Assembly (NCBI RefSeq): GCF_006345805.1
Contig: NW_021835323.1
Span: forward strand, 1 to 39,700
DNA: 39,700 nucleotides
From: Octopus sinensis
Taxonomy: Eukaryota
Reading direction: 5' to 3'
This document shows positions 9,776-21,353 of this stretch, one piece after another; position 1 is the stretch's first letter, and every line of letters begins with the position of its first letter. The notes under the pieces were generated by a model. It saw only the letters and a list, made by a program, of their open reading frames with translations. It did no database searches and was not told where the DNA came from. Position numbers and translations under genes: made by a program.

Positions 9776-12039
9776 ATATATATATATATATATATGGGTT
9801 ATGAGAGGTAATGGTGTCAATGAGACCCAAGGGTGTCAGGTAATGCTGAATAAGTGCTATGAATAGACCATAGTTAAGTTCCAGATTCGGTGATTATGCG
9901 AATAAGGGGGTCTAACTTAGGTCATATGGACTCATTAAAAATAATTAGTTGCAGCTAATCCGTTTTTGCATTAGCAGCAAGCGGCCAATCAGCTGAACCA
10001 TGGAATTATGCCTTTGCTTATTCAATTTACCCGCGTGTATAACTGGTACCGTATTTTGCAGTCCCTAACCTCATCGAGAGGCAAAGAGAAAGTCGATTCT
10101 GATGCAATTTGAACTCAGAATATAGAGAGATGAAACTAAGTACTGTTTGGATTTTAGTTGGCCTGGATTTTAGTTGGTCCCTCTATCACCATTCCGTCGT
10201 CTTTGTTGTTATTTCGAAATAATGAAGGAAAAAAACTTAGAACAATGAAAGAAGTGCAATGTTTTAGTGAATTGTGCTTTGTTGATGTATGAAGCGGTTT
10301 CAGAATACATTGCAAGGCAAAGAACACAATGTGGTAAAGTGCAGGTGAAACAGTTTTATTCTATACGTAGTGACAACACAACACAACACGTGTTTCGATG
10401 TAGAGGACTGGATGAAATTTTAATTTAAGAATATGATACACGCAGTCAGATGTTGTACAGAGGACGCTGACGCCGACGAGGCCTTTATTTAACGTAGTGC
10501 AAAACAAAGTTTGACGAGATACAATTTGATATACACGCGAACTGAGATACAATGCAGATGATGCAGATTTATCATGATGCAGTGTGGATACACACGATGT
10601 AAAAAATATTGTGCAGACAATGCAGATGTTTTTTCTTCATGATGCAATGAGATAAGTACGGCATGAACTGCGACACACTGTAGAATGCACAAGACATAAT
10701 GAAATCTGAAAGGAACACAATAAAACATGGCGCCATTGACACTCGTTTCAATGGGAAAATACGTAGAGTATGAGAATGAAGCAGACGATAAGACAAATAA
10801 ACAAAATGTGGTGAGATAATTGTAGGATAATTTGATGTCCAGAACGGTATATGATTTTGAGAAAGACATATGAAATTGTATGTTATTGATTTGACTGGGA
10901 CATCAGGTTTCGCTCCCTAACAGCCTAAAAATCTTAAAGGAGTTTACCTTGTATTAATGTCCCTCATACAAACCAATATTTTGTACTAACTTCAATATAA
11001 GAAGACCTTTGTGTTTGTAAAAGACGGTCTTCAATGGCACAGGCCTCTGCTTTGTTCAACAGCAGACGTTAATCACATCTGACCGAGTTGATATGATTCC
11101 AGTCTTCCAATCGAAAGCAAAGCGCTTTGTCATATATCCATAAAATGCTATGCTTTAACTAGAACCTAGATGTTTGATTTTTACAGTATCACGTCTCTTA
11201 TTGTTTATAGATGCTATGATTTTGTACAGCTTTCCGCTCTCAGAAGAATTCAAATTTTTTGACAAATATATTAATAGCTTACTATAATGGATTCAAAGTT
11301 CTTCTGAAATCCTGCTATCAACCCCTACCTACCCAGCTATTCACTAAATCTATTAATTTGTCTCTGTAGCCCACTCTCCCCTTCTCTCCTTCCATATATA
11401 TATATATAAATATGGCTGGTAGGTGGAGACAACTCTTACAAGAAATTACAAAAACTTGATCGGCATGAGAGCGCCGAGCAAGTCAGTTTCACTATTGTTT
11501 TTAGTAGTGTATGACATCAAAGGAATCTCTCCGTTCATTTCAATTAATTAGACCCCCGCTTAATTTATCAAAAAAAAACAAAAAAACTGAACATGCTACC
11601 GTAATTTCCTCACCATCCTGCAAAATATATTCGTGGAAGATGAATTTATTCTATCTTGAGTTATCTCCCCTACACACGCGCTGTATCAAATTAAGAGACA
11701 CAGATACGAGAAATTGACTGGAGACACTCGACCTGTTAGAATTAGAAATCAAATTGCCCTCAACTAACATCCTACTCTCCCAGCTAGATAATATGGTCCT
11801 GGGACCATGAGCTAAACAACAACTGTACTGTCACCCGGTTTTGTTTTATAACGACATCACTGTCTCTTTTGTTTTGTAATGACATTATCGCTACGTTTCT
11901 GACAGGAATCTCTTAATTTTCCCTTTTAATTATATTTTTTTTTTTAATTATTATGATTAATGCTGGAGTAAATAGACATATTTTTTCGTCGTCTGAACAT
12001 GAAGCAAAGGTGAAAACTATGACGATTTAACTGCCCTAA

Positions 12040-12260
12040 CCCTTTAGTGTTCAAATTTATATATCAAAAGTAATCCTTATTCATTTACATTTAAAAAAAA
12101 TTAATCTGGTATTATCTTGTAGCTTCAAGATTTGAAAGATGTAATTGTTTATTTTTAGAATGACATTGCAGGGTAGGTGTGAGAGGTCTGAGCTGGCTGG
12201 TTTGAGCATATAACAGGAAGACAATTTTGGCCTGATATGGCCGGTTTAAACACTAAAGGG
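12040..12260. mobile_element. piggyBac-like MITE
   Basis: Ends ccctttagtgtt / aacactaaaggg; flanks ctaa and ttaa (TTAA-type TSD, one copy mutated). Confidence 0.8.
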
Positions 12261-12326
12261 TTAATCTTTACACATCAACACTGCCGCTGAATATTAACTT
12301 TGTCGCCTCTGTCATGGGGAATAAAA

Positions 12327-12374
<48 letters not shown>

Positions 12375-13120
12375 CATTATTATTTGTAGATACAACCCCA
12401 TCCCGTAATGAACGCCGTAGAGACAACATCGGTAAGTGTAAAATTCATAAATATCTAGGGGAGTTTCGTTGGGTTTTTTTTTTTGTTTGCTTAATCCATT
12501 CGTTTATTTATTTGTTTAATTTTATATTTTTTTTTTTTTTTTTTGAGCATGTTGGATGTGCCATGAGGACACGAGATATCCCACGTTACAAGCATAAAAG
12601 ACTGTTGAAGAACCCTTCAAGAAGGGTTCTTCCTCAGTAAGCTTTCTGGGGGGTTAATGCTTTTTAAATATATTTGTTATAGTTGTATAAATTGTTACAT
12701 TTTTTTGCCCACATTTCTGCGGAATGAACATTGTATTTTTGTAAAAAAAAAAATTTTTTAAATCGTTTGATTCATTTATAAGTAATCAATCATTTGTTTT
12801 TTTAATACGGGAATTGGATGTTTTTTTTCTTTTTCTCTTTTTTTTTTGTTTTGCGTTTTTCATTTAAAAAAATCAAATGAAATATAACAGAAGAAATATC
12901 TTTTCGAAGGAGAATCTTTTTAACATTTGAAACACAGAAGTATTATTTCTAAAATAAAGTATTTTTTTAGAAAAATAAATTAACTGGTATTTGGAAAATA
13001 TATTTAAATTGCTTTTCTATTAAGATTCAGCAAACACAGTTTTTTTCTTTTTCTGTTATACGCATAAATTTTTTAAAAATCCACACTCGGATCTACCAAA
13101 TATTATATTATATATATATC

Positions 13121-13188
<68 letters not shown>

Positions 13189-13358
13189 TTTATCTTGACA
13201 TGTTGAGGGCAAAGAAAAAAAAGTCAACACATAAAATACTAATACACAAGCAAAAAAGGTTGATTACGCGTTAAACACCAAAGCAGCATAAAAATCGTTA
13301 AAGGCGAGGGTACACACACTGCGAAAATAATTTTAAAAGCGTATATTTTTAAAATACA

Positions 13359-13396
<38 letters not shown>

Positions 13397-13600
13397 AGTA
13401 TATTTTAAAAATTTTATACGAAAGCATTGGATTAATAAGACATTCCTAATATTAATATCAACAACAATATTGTTATCGATAATATGTAATAATCACACCA
13501 TACAGAGCGAAAGCTTGTGCGCATTTCTATTCTGTGCAAAAGGTATACATCGCTTTTTTTTTTTTTTTATACTTTAGTTTTTTTTTGTTTTTTTTTCTAC

Positions 13601-13903
13601 CTGATCAAGTTCATCTGCCTGTTCTTCTTCGGTGTAAATAGGCCCAGGGACATAGTCGTCTTGCACTTCAACTTTGCTATAGTCAACGCCAAAACTAAAA
13701 CCACCTCCTCCGAAATGTTTTTTGCCTTTACCTTTGGAAGATTTACTCGATTCTATTTTGGTCTTACGGAGAGGAGTGGTTGATGATTTCTGTGTGGGCG
13801 GCATGGTTGTACTGGGCTTTTTCGGCTGGTTTCTTGTTTTTATTACAGTACTGCTCGCTTGAGGTTTCGGCTGTTGAGGCTGCACTTGTTGAGGGTAAAA
13901 CTG
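13601..13903 (-). CDS. Internal exon of the PDZ gene (Q/P/S/T/K-rich linker with GGGGFSFGVDY motif)
   Basis: Acceptor gtttttcgtctctacag|CAG (tandem CAGCAG; alternative start 13900) and donor GATCAG|gtagaa; 303 nt, phase 0 to 0; lies inside ORF 13574..13978. Confidence 0.85.
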
Positions 13904-14277
13904 CTGTAGAGACGAAAAACCAAGACACCTGTATACGTGTTCAATATACACAGTTGGGGATTCATTGACTTTGGACACGGAATGGCTTAATTATTAGTAT
14001 TATTATCAACTTTTTTTTTTTTTTGTATTTTCAAATTTTACCTACCCTGGCGCATGACTGGTATATATATATATATATGAGAGAAAGAGAGTGGGGTACA
14101 GAAACAGAATTACATAAATACGTACTACAAATGCATGTACATATAAGTGTATGTACATGCATACGGACAGTCATACAGGATTATTACACAGGGATAAAAG
14201 TAGAAAAGTGAGACATATAGACAGACGGACAGTGAAGGAGGGAGACGCAGCAGTTGAGACAGATATACAGTGTACAC

Positions 14278-14541
14278 CAGTAGTCCTCAACGGGGGTCCA
14301 TATGGCCCTTAGCGGGCCATATAACATTTTATTGTTAAAATTATGCTGTAAATTAGTTATACTTTTACAACACACGATTGCTTTAACAAATATTTTTAAT
14401 ACAATTTCTAATCATATTTAATTATGAAAATATAATGGGATTTTTTTAGAACATCAAATGGCTATGGGGGTCCATTTGAGAAAAATAGGAATGATAGGGG
14501 GGGGGGCATAGGTAAAAAATGGTTGGGATTAAGGGCCACTG
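14278..14541. mobile_element. hAT-like MITE
   Basis: Ends cagtagtcctcaa / ttaagggccactg; imperfect 8-bp TSD gtgtacac / ccgtacac. Confidence 0.7.
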
Positions 14542-14695
14542 CCGTACACTTTCTGTTACCTGCATTATTGATGAAGTCGAAGAAAAGAGCCGTCTAATAT
14601 ATATATGACGTAACAAAATATGATGGATGTCAAAATGTGGGGGAAACCGTGTTTTAATAGATTTCTTAAGTCCACTTTGTCTCTTTTGCATAATA

Positions 14696-14836
14696 CAAGG
14701 TTGTCCCAAAAGTTCGTAGAAAGTCTTGGAAAATAATGGTCTTTATTTTGAGGAATAATTTTTGTTGTTTTTGTTAGTACTTGGCGAGTAAAAATTCAAT
14801 TTTCGCAAGTGTTTACGAACTTTTGGGACAACCTAA
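14696..14836. mobile_element. Mariner-type MITE, about 140 bp
   Basis: Perfect 21-bp IR aggttgtcccaaaagttcgta (14698-14718 / 14814-14834), related to the 566-bp mariner TIR; TA flanks. Confidence 0.8.
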
Positions 14837-15227
14837 TAATAATAATAATAATAATAATAATGAAATTATTGTATACAGTGCTCAGGTGCACCACAACTTG
14901 TCAGAAAGTGCGTATAAAGTATATGCAGTAATGTACAAATGTCTGGAAAGTGAACAGTGTACGAGTCAGATACGTGCTTGCATGTGTATGGAGGGGAGAA
15001 AATCAGGTGTAGTGTTGGCGAATCTCAGGAAGCATGGAAGTTTTGAAGGATGCAGTGCTCCGACAACTAACAACTGATGCCAGCAGTTTGTTCCATGCCT
15101 CAGCGTGTGTATGGAGGGGAGAAAATCAGGTGTAGTGTTGGTGAATCTCAGGAAGCATGGAAATTTTGAAGGATGCAGGGCTCCGACAACTAACAACTGT
15201 TGCTGACAGTTTGTTCCATGCTTCAGC
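14837..15227 (-). mobile_element. CR1-type LINE 3' end with an internal 123-bp tandem duplication and (ATT)n tail
   Basis: Minus strand reads AWNKLSATVVSCRSPASFKISMLPEIHQHYT*, similar to CR1 ORF2 C-termini (WN.LP..VV....SFK); units start at 14983 and 15106. Confidence 0.75.
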
Positions 15228-15611
15228 AAATCTTACCGTATGTTTTCAATAAAACAGTTTAAGAACTAAGGGGAATAACTCAAGTAGATCGATATGAATT
15301 GGGTTAAACGTTATGAGTGGTTTAATTAGTAAATGACGCACAATGATAACGTCTCCATTGTTTTAAAAAGTTTTATTTGTTTAATAAAGTTTCTGAATTA
15401 ATTTGCTTTAGTATAAGTGATTTATCTCCCTTGGATTCAAATGCTAATTTTTTTTTCTTTTTGCCAATAAAATTCCCGCTTATTTTGCTTCGTCGCATCA
15501 GTTATATAACGCGAGATAAAAAATCTGCGTGTGCGTGAAAGCGTGCATGAGCCTTTTTTTAATCATATAAGCACTGAAAATATTGTTTCCTCATCCCTTT
15601 AGATTTAAATA

Positions 15612-15998
15612 GTGGAGGCGCAATGGCCCAGTGGTTAGGGCAGCGGACTCGCGGTCGTAGGATCGCGGTTTCGATTCCCAGACCGGGCGTTGTGAGTGTT
15701 TATTGAGCGAAAACACCTAAAGCTCCACGAGGCTCCGGCAGGGGATGATGGTGTTCCCTGCTGTACTCTTTCACCACAACTTTCTCTCACTCTTACTTCC
15801 TGTTTCTGTTGTACCTGTATTTCAAAGGGCCGGCCTTGTCACTCTCTGTGTCACGCTGAATATCCCCGAGAACTACGTTAAGGGTACACGTGTCTGTGGA
15901 GTGCTCAGCCACTTACACGTTTATTTCACGAGCAGGCTGTTCCGTTGATCGGATCAACCGGAACCCTCGTCGTCGTAACCGACGGAGTGCTTCCACAC
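15612..15998 (+). mobile_element. SINE family B, full length
   Basis: Near-identical to the 5908 copy; 9-bp TSD atttaaata. Confidence 0.92.
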
Positions 15999-16183
15999 AT
16001 TTAAATATTACGTTTCTTTATTTTAAATATATTATTTCCTCGTCCCTATACATTTTAAGTACTACGAAATATTGTAACGATTCTTAAAAAGTTGAACTCT
16101 TTGTAATTATGTGGTGATTGTTAAAAATATTGTTTTAGTTTTTACTACTACACAATCGCCATTCTGACGTATAAAACAAAGGT

Positions 16184-16470
16184 CGGACCGGGCTGCGTGT
16201 TGTGTTCTTGAGGAAGACACTTTATTTCACGTTGCTCCAGTTCACTCAGCTGTAGAAATCAGTTGCGACGTCACAGGTGCCACCAAGCTGTACCGGCCCC
16301 TTTGCCTTTCCCTTGGATAACACTAATGGCGTGGAGAGGGGAGGCTGGTATGCATGGGCGACTGCTGGTCTTCCATAAAAACAACCTTGCCCGGGCTTGT
16401 GCCTCTGAGGGTAACTTTCTAGGTGCAATCCCATGGTCATTCATGACCGAAGGGGGTCTTTACCCTTTAC
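16184..16470 (+). mobile_element. 5'-truncated SINE sharing a central domain with the old B-like copy but with a different tail
   Basis: Core ttgaggaagacactttatttcacgttgctccag is shared with 16653-16943; ends in ctttaccctttac. Confidence 0.6.
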
Positions 16471-16652
16471 GTCACAATTTAATGTCTGAAATAGGATTTG
16501 GGTTATTTTTCGTATATATAAACTCTGCTAGCATTACAGGATGGCAAAAGAGTTTGATCTGTACGCGTAAATTGTTCGATGGCGCATAATTGGTGTTCAA
16601 TACATTTACACACAAAACATATATTTGCTCACGAACACACGCAAGCATATAT

Positions 16653-16943
16653 TGGCCTAGTGGTTAGGGTACAGGGCTCACGGTCGTAAGATCGAGAGTT
16701 CGATTCCCGGAGGCGCGTTGTCCTTGGGAAAGACATTTTATTTCACGTTGCTCCAGTGCACTTAGCTGGCAAAAATGAGTCGTACCTGTATTTCAAAGGA
16801 TCGGCCTTGTTATACTCTGTGTCACGCTGAATCTCCCTGAGAACCACATTAAGGGTAGGTACATGTGTCTGTAGAGTGCTCAGCCACTTGCACATAAATT
16901 TCACGAGTAGGCTGTTCCGTTGATAGGATCAACTGGGACCCTC
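16653..16943 (+). mobile_element. Older B-related SINE
   Basis: tRNA-like head ggcctagtggttaggg...gttcgattccc; the 3' half is homologous to family B. Confidence 0.75.
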
Positions 16944-16947
16944 AACT

Positions 16948-17326
16948 GGAGGCGCAATGGCCCAGTGGTTAGGGCAGCGGACTCGCGGTCGTAGGATCGC
17001 GGTTTCGATTCCCAGACCGGGCGTTGTGAGTGTTTATTGAGCGAAAAACACCTAAAGCTCCACGAGGCTCCGGCAGGGGATGGTGGCGATCCCTGCTGTA
17101 CTCTTTCGCCACAACTTTCTCTCACTCTTACTTCCTGTTTCTGTTGTACCTGTATTTCAAATGGCCGGCCTTGTCACTCTCTGTGTCACGCTGAATATTC
17201 CCGAGAACTACGTTAAGGGTACACGTGTCTGTGGAGTGCTCAGCCACTTACACGTTAATTTCACGAGTAGGCTGTTCCGTTGATGGGATCAACTGGGACC
17301 CTCGGCGTCCTAACCGACGGAGTGCC
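16948..17326 (+). mobile_element. SINE family B, in tandem with or inside the older copy
   Basis: Young B consensus until about 17256, then the older copy's variants. Confidence 0.88.
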
Positions 17327-17941
17327 ATGATGTGTGTGTGTGTGTGTACAGAGAGAGAGAGGGAGTTGTAATAATGAAGTCAAACCAAATAGTAAGGCTT
17401 TCAAATTATTTAACACGTAGAAAATTTTTTAAATGCATCCATTTCGTAAACCTTCCTCAGTTAAAGGAAATCAAAGTATTTTGAAGTGTCTTAACTCAGG
17501 AAGTTTTTCATAATGGATGCATTCAGTATTATATATTTCAAAATATCACTGTTTTGTTTAGTAGAGTGTAGAATATATGTGTGTTTAATGCGTATATGTG
17601 TGTATTGCGTTGAGTCCTCTATACATTGTTTCGTATTGGTGGGGATGGAAACGGGATATATCCGGCTAATTGATGACATACCTTTGAACACATACCTGGA
17701 ACATGCACGTATGAATACATGTTAACATAAAATAAGCATGTCACTCACAACACCTGTTGCCTATCTTGCCAACTTCAATGGCTTTCTAAATTGGTCACGG
17801 TAAGAGCACAACCAGCTGGATAAAGGAACCCAGCAAATTTCTCAGAGTTACAAGAAATTTCAACATCAATGGGAATGTAAACAAATTATATTTCCTCGGC
17901 GAGATGAACGCCGTGGCCCGAAATCTGTATTAATGTTGTGT

Positions 17942-18956
17942 TAGGCGCAGGTGTCGCTGTGTGATAAGATGCTGGCAGAAACGTTAGCACAAGGGCGAAA
18001 TGCTTGGCGGTATTTCGTCTGCCGTTATGTTCTGAGTTCAAATTCCACCGAGGTTGACTTTGCCTTTCATCCTTTCGGGAGTCGATTAAATAAGTACCAG
18101 TTACGCACTGGGGTCGATATAATCGACTTAATCCGTTTGTCTGTCATTGTTTGTCCCCTCTATGTTTAGCCCCTAGTGGGTAATAAAGAAATAGGTATTT
18201 CGTCTGACGTTACGTTCTGAGTTCAAATTCCACCGAGGTCGACTTTGCCTTTCATCCTTTTGGGGTCGATAAATTAAGTACCAGTTACGCACTCGGGTCG
18301 ATGTAATCGACTTAATACCTATGTCTGTCCTTGTTTGTCCCCTCTATGTTTAGCCCCTTGTGGGTAATAAAGAAATAGGTATTTCGTCTGCCCTTACGTT
18401 CTGAGTTCAAATTCCGCCGAGGTTGACTTTGCCTTTCATCTTTTCGGGGGTCGATAAATTAAGTACCAGTTACGCACTCGGGTCGATGTAATCGACTTAA
18501 TCCGTTTATCTGTCCTTGTTTGTCCCCTCTGTGTGTAGCCCCATGTGGGTAGTAAAGAAATAAGATGCTTACTTCCGAATCACATAGTTCCGGTTTCAGT
18601 CCCACTGCATGTCACTTTAAGTAAGCGTCTTCTACTATAGCCACAGGGTGACCAAAGCCTTGTGAGTGGATTTGGTAGCCGGAAACTGAAAGAAGCTCGT
18701 CGTATATACGTATATCTATGCGTGTGTGTGTCTTTGCGTCTGTGTTTGTCTTCTCACCATCGCTTAACAACTGGTGTTGGTGTGTGTACGCTTCCGTAGC
18801 TTAGTGGTTGGATAAAAGGGACCGATAAAATAAGTACCAGACTTTAAAAAAAACAAGATAAACACTAGGATCGACTTATTCAACTTTAAATTGTTCAAGG
18901 TAGTGCTCCAGCATGGCAGCAGTCTAATGACTGAAACAAAAGGTAAAAGATAAAGA
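17942..18956 (+). mobile_element. Diverged SINE family C interrupted by the SINE A trimer
   Basis: Head aggcgcaggtgtcgctgtgtg at 17942 continues as tacttccgaatcacatagttccgg at 18570. Confidence 0.75.
17974..18559 (+). mobile_element. SINE family A trimer (head + 3 x about 184-bp units)
   Basis: Units restart at 18194 and 18378; 10-bp TSD ataagatgct at 17964-17973 and 18560-18569. Confidence 0.92.
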
Positions 18957-18959
18957 TCC

Positions 18960-20140
18960 TAATTATGTCCCTGAAGCAAATTCTGCAGTCGAGAAGGGTT
19001 GGCAATCATCTCGCTCAAGTTTGCGAGCAGGAGATTCAAATCATCGCTAATATCTCTCTATATATAAACGGCAGTTTGTCTGTCTGTGTGTCTGTGTGTC
19101 TGTCAGGTTGTACCCTCACCCTGACCACGGCTTTCAACCGATTCTGATGAAACTTGACACACACATAGCCCAATGTCATAATTCAAAACTAACGCAGCTA
19201 AAATTTTGAAAAGTTTCCCCAGTTCTGAAAAAAATCGATAAATTCGACATGGGGTCGAGAATCTAAGCTTTTTATATGCAACACATTTTCTGTCTAGGGG
19301 ACACAACTCGACCTTTTTATCGCCCAAAAGGACAGCTAGGAACATCGTATACACAGAAGTATTCGAGTGAAGAGAAGACATCGCAACCTACACATGCGCC
19401 TTCGTTCCCTAGAGGGAAAGGACTAGATTGGGATTAGTCGTTGCCTACTAGGGGCTCTTACATACCCGGGTAACGCCGGGCTATGCTGCTAGTAAGTAAT
19501 AAAATTGAGAAGTGACATGAAAAACAGGTATGGATAATCTCTGCCAAAGGAATATGAGGAAATCGTATTTGACAAAAAGAAGAACTACAAATTTACCAGT
19601 TCACTGAGGAAGTTGTACTTAGATACTTGGAGAGAAAGTTCAGGCAATGGAGGAAAGAAACCGTATCTAAAGTCTGGGATTGAGAAAAAGACAAGTTAAT
19701 AGCATCTTAGCATCTCATCTTGAAGAGTACCATTTGTGCAATACAACAACAAGAATTCCTGACGAAGTATCGATTGCACAAAAAATTACTGACAATAAAT
19801 GGAGGTTATCAAAAACCTAAACCGAAGAAGTGAGTCACATTCTTGCCGACTGTCAAAGAATGTGTTATATGTAAATACTCAGTATCTTTCCATGGGGTAC
19901 GGTTTGATAACCAATGCAATTTGGAATACAGTGAATCATTTTAAAACAGTAAACAACGTTGAATATGTTGTGACTGATTGCTCAGAAGAAAATCGGAAGA
20001 GCCTGATAATAAAACTAAATCTGGTTTGATTTTGTTTTGTGCCTGCCAGATAAAAATAATCTTGTTGTGGAAGGCAGATCAGCGAAATACAAGTGAAAGA
20101 TATATTTTAACCATTGCTGAGGAATCTTCAAATCTCTAAT
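18960..20140 (+). pseudogene. Decayed RLE-type (R4/Dong-like) non-LTR retrotransposon fragment, split by a Helitron
   Basis: Frameshifted STICAIQQQEFLTKYRL...DNKWRLSKT*TEEVSHILADCQRM resembles the AIQ.Q...C..C...H...C zinc-knuckle region of this clade. Confidence 0.65.
19053..19492 (+). mobile_element. Non-autonomous Helitron, 440 bp
   Basis: A|TC...CTAG|T termini with no TSD, subterminal hairpin cccgg-gtaacg-ccggg, and an internal (CTGT)-like microsatellite as in Lep1-type Helitrons. Confidence 0.9.
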
Positions 20141-20237
20141 ACTCAAAATACAGTTTAGGTTTCATCTGTATTATTATTCGAGTGACAAGGTATGCGTCTC
20201 CATCTTTCCTTTAACTTGAAAATACCCCATTTTCCTG

Positions 20238-20441
20238 CGTTTGTCCCCCACCCCCAACATCGCTTGACAACCGATGCTGGTGTGTTTACGTCTCCGTAAC
20301 TTAGCGGTTCGGCAAAAGAGAAACCGATAGAATAAGTGCTAGGCTTACAAAGAATAAGTCCTCGGGTCGATTTGCTCGATAGACTAAAAGGCGGTGCTCC
20401 AGCATTGCCACAGTCACATGACTGAAACAAGTAAAAAGTAA
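20238..20441 (+). mobile_element. SINE family C, 3' half
   Basis: Matches family C from ttgtcccc to the tail. Confidence 0.82.
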
Positions 20442-20467
20442 AAAAAATTTTTTTAAAAAAGCATATA

Positions 20468-20519
<52 letters not shown>

Positions 20520-20712
20520 TGTGTGTCAGGTGTGAATTACCGTTTGATGTCTTCATGATCGTCCGGTTTGGTAATGATGAAGGTGAATATAAGCAAAGAG
20601 GGAAGACAACGACATTACAACAACGAGGTCAATAAGCAACGGAAACGTTCACCGGCTTACGCCCGCGCGCGCGCGCACTCACACACGCGCGCACTTGTAC
20701 ACACATAGATAA

Positions 20713-20761
<49 letters not shown>

Positions 20762-20843
20762 TAATCCAAACAAGAAAACAAAAAGACAACAACGCGAGGA
20801 CGTGGAACAAATAAAGTATTATTGGACGCTCAGGAAAGAAGGA

Positions 20844-20896
<53 letters not shown>

Positions 20897-21175
20897 AGAG
20901 AGAGAGAGAGAGAGAGATGTAAGAATAATCCAAAATATTTAGCAAGTGAATCTGGTAGTGATTATTAATAAGAAAAGGAAGAACATGTCTGAACATTAAA
21001 ATCAAACAATTTCGCCATGACCACCACCACCACCGATTTCACCAAAATTAAAAGAACACTGCTACCACCATCGTCACCACCACCACCACTGCAAGTACTA
21101 TCACACCAACATTAGCAACAGCAACAATAGCTGCAGTAATAAGAACAGCAACAACAGCAATTGTAATTATTATTA

Positions 21176-21231
<56 letters not shown>

Positions 21232-21353
21232 GCCAAATCGCGGTTAAAATAATTAGCGTTTTTTTTTTATATATAAAAAATTTAAAAAAAAAAAACAGAA
21301 AATGGCCACACCGAAAGAAAAATTGTCCACCAATTATAACACTATTATTTGTA

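Noticed and set aside
10300-10900. Non-repetitive stretch with many ATGCA/GATG motifs and three overlapping minus-strand ORFs
   Set aside because: No convincing splice-site pair and no protein-like composition; it could be regulatory, but the sequence alone does not support a call.
17974-18559. Regularly spaced repeats resembling a CRISPR array or satellite
   Set aside because: There are no unique spacers, the units are 184-bp SINE bodies, and the context is eukaryotic.
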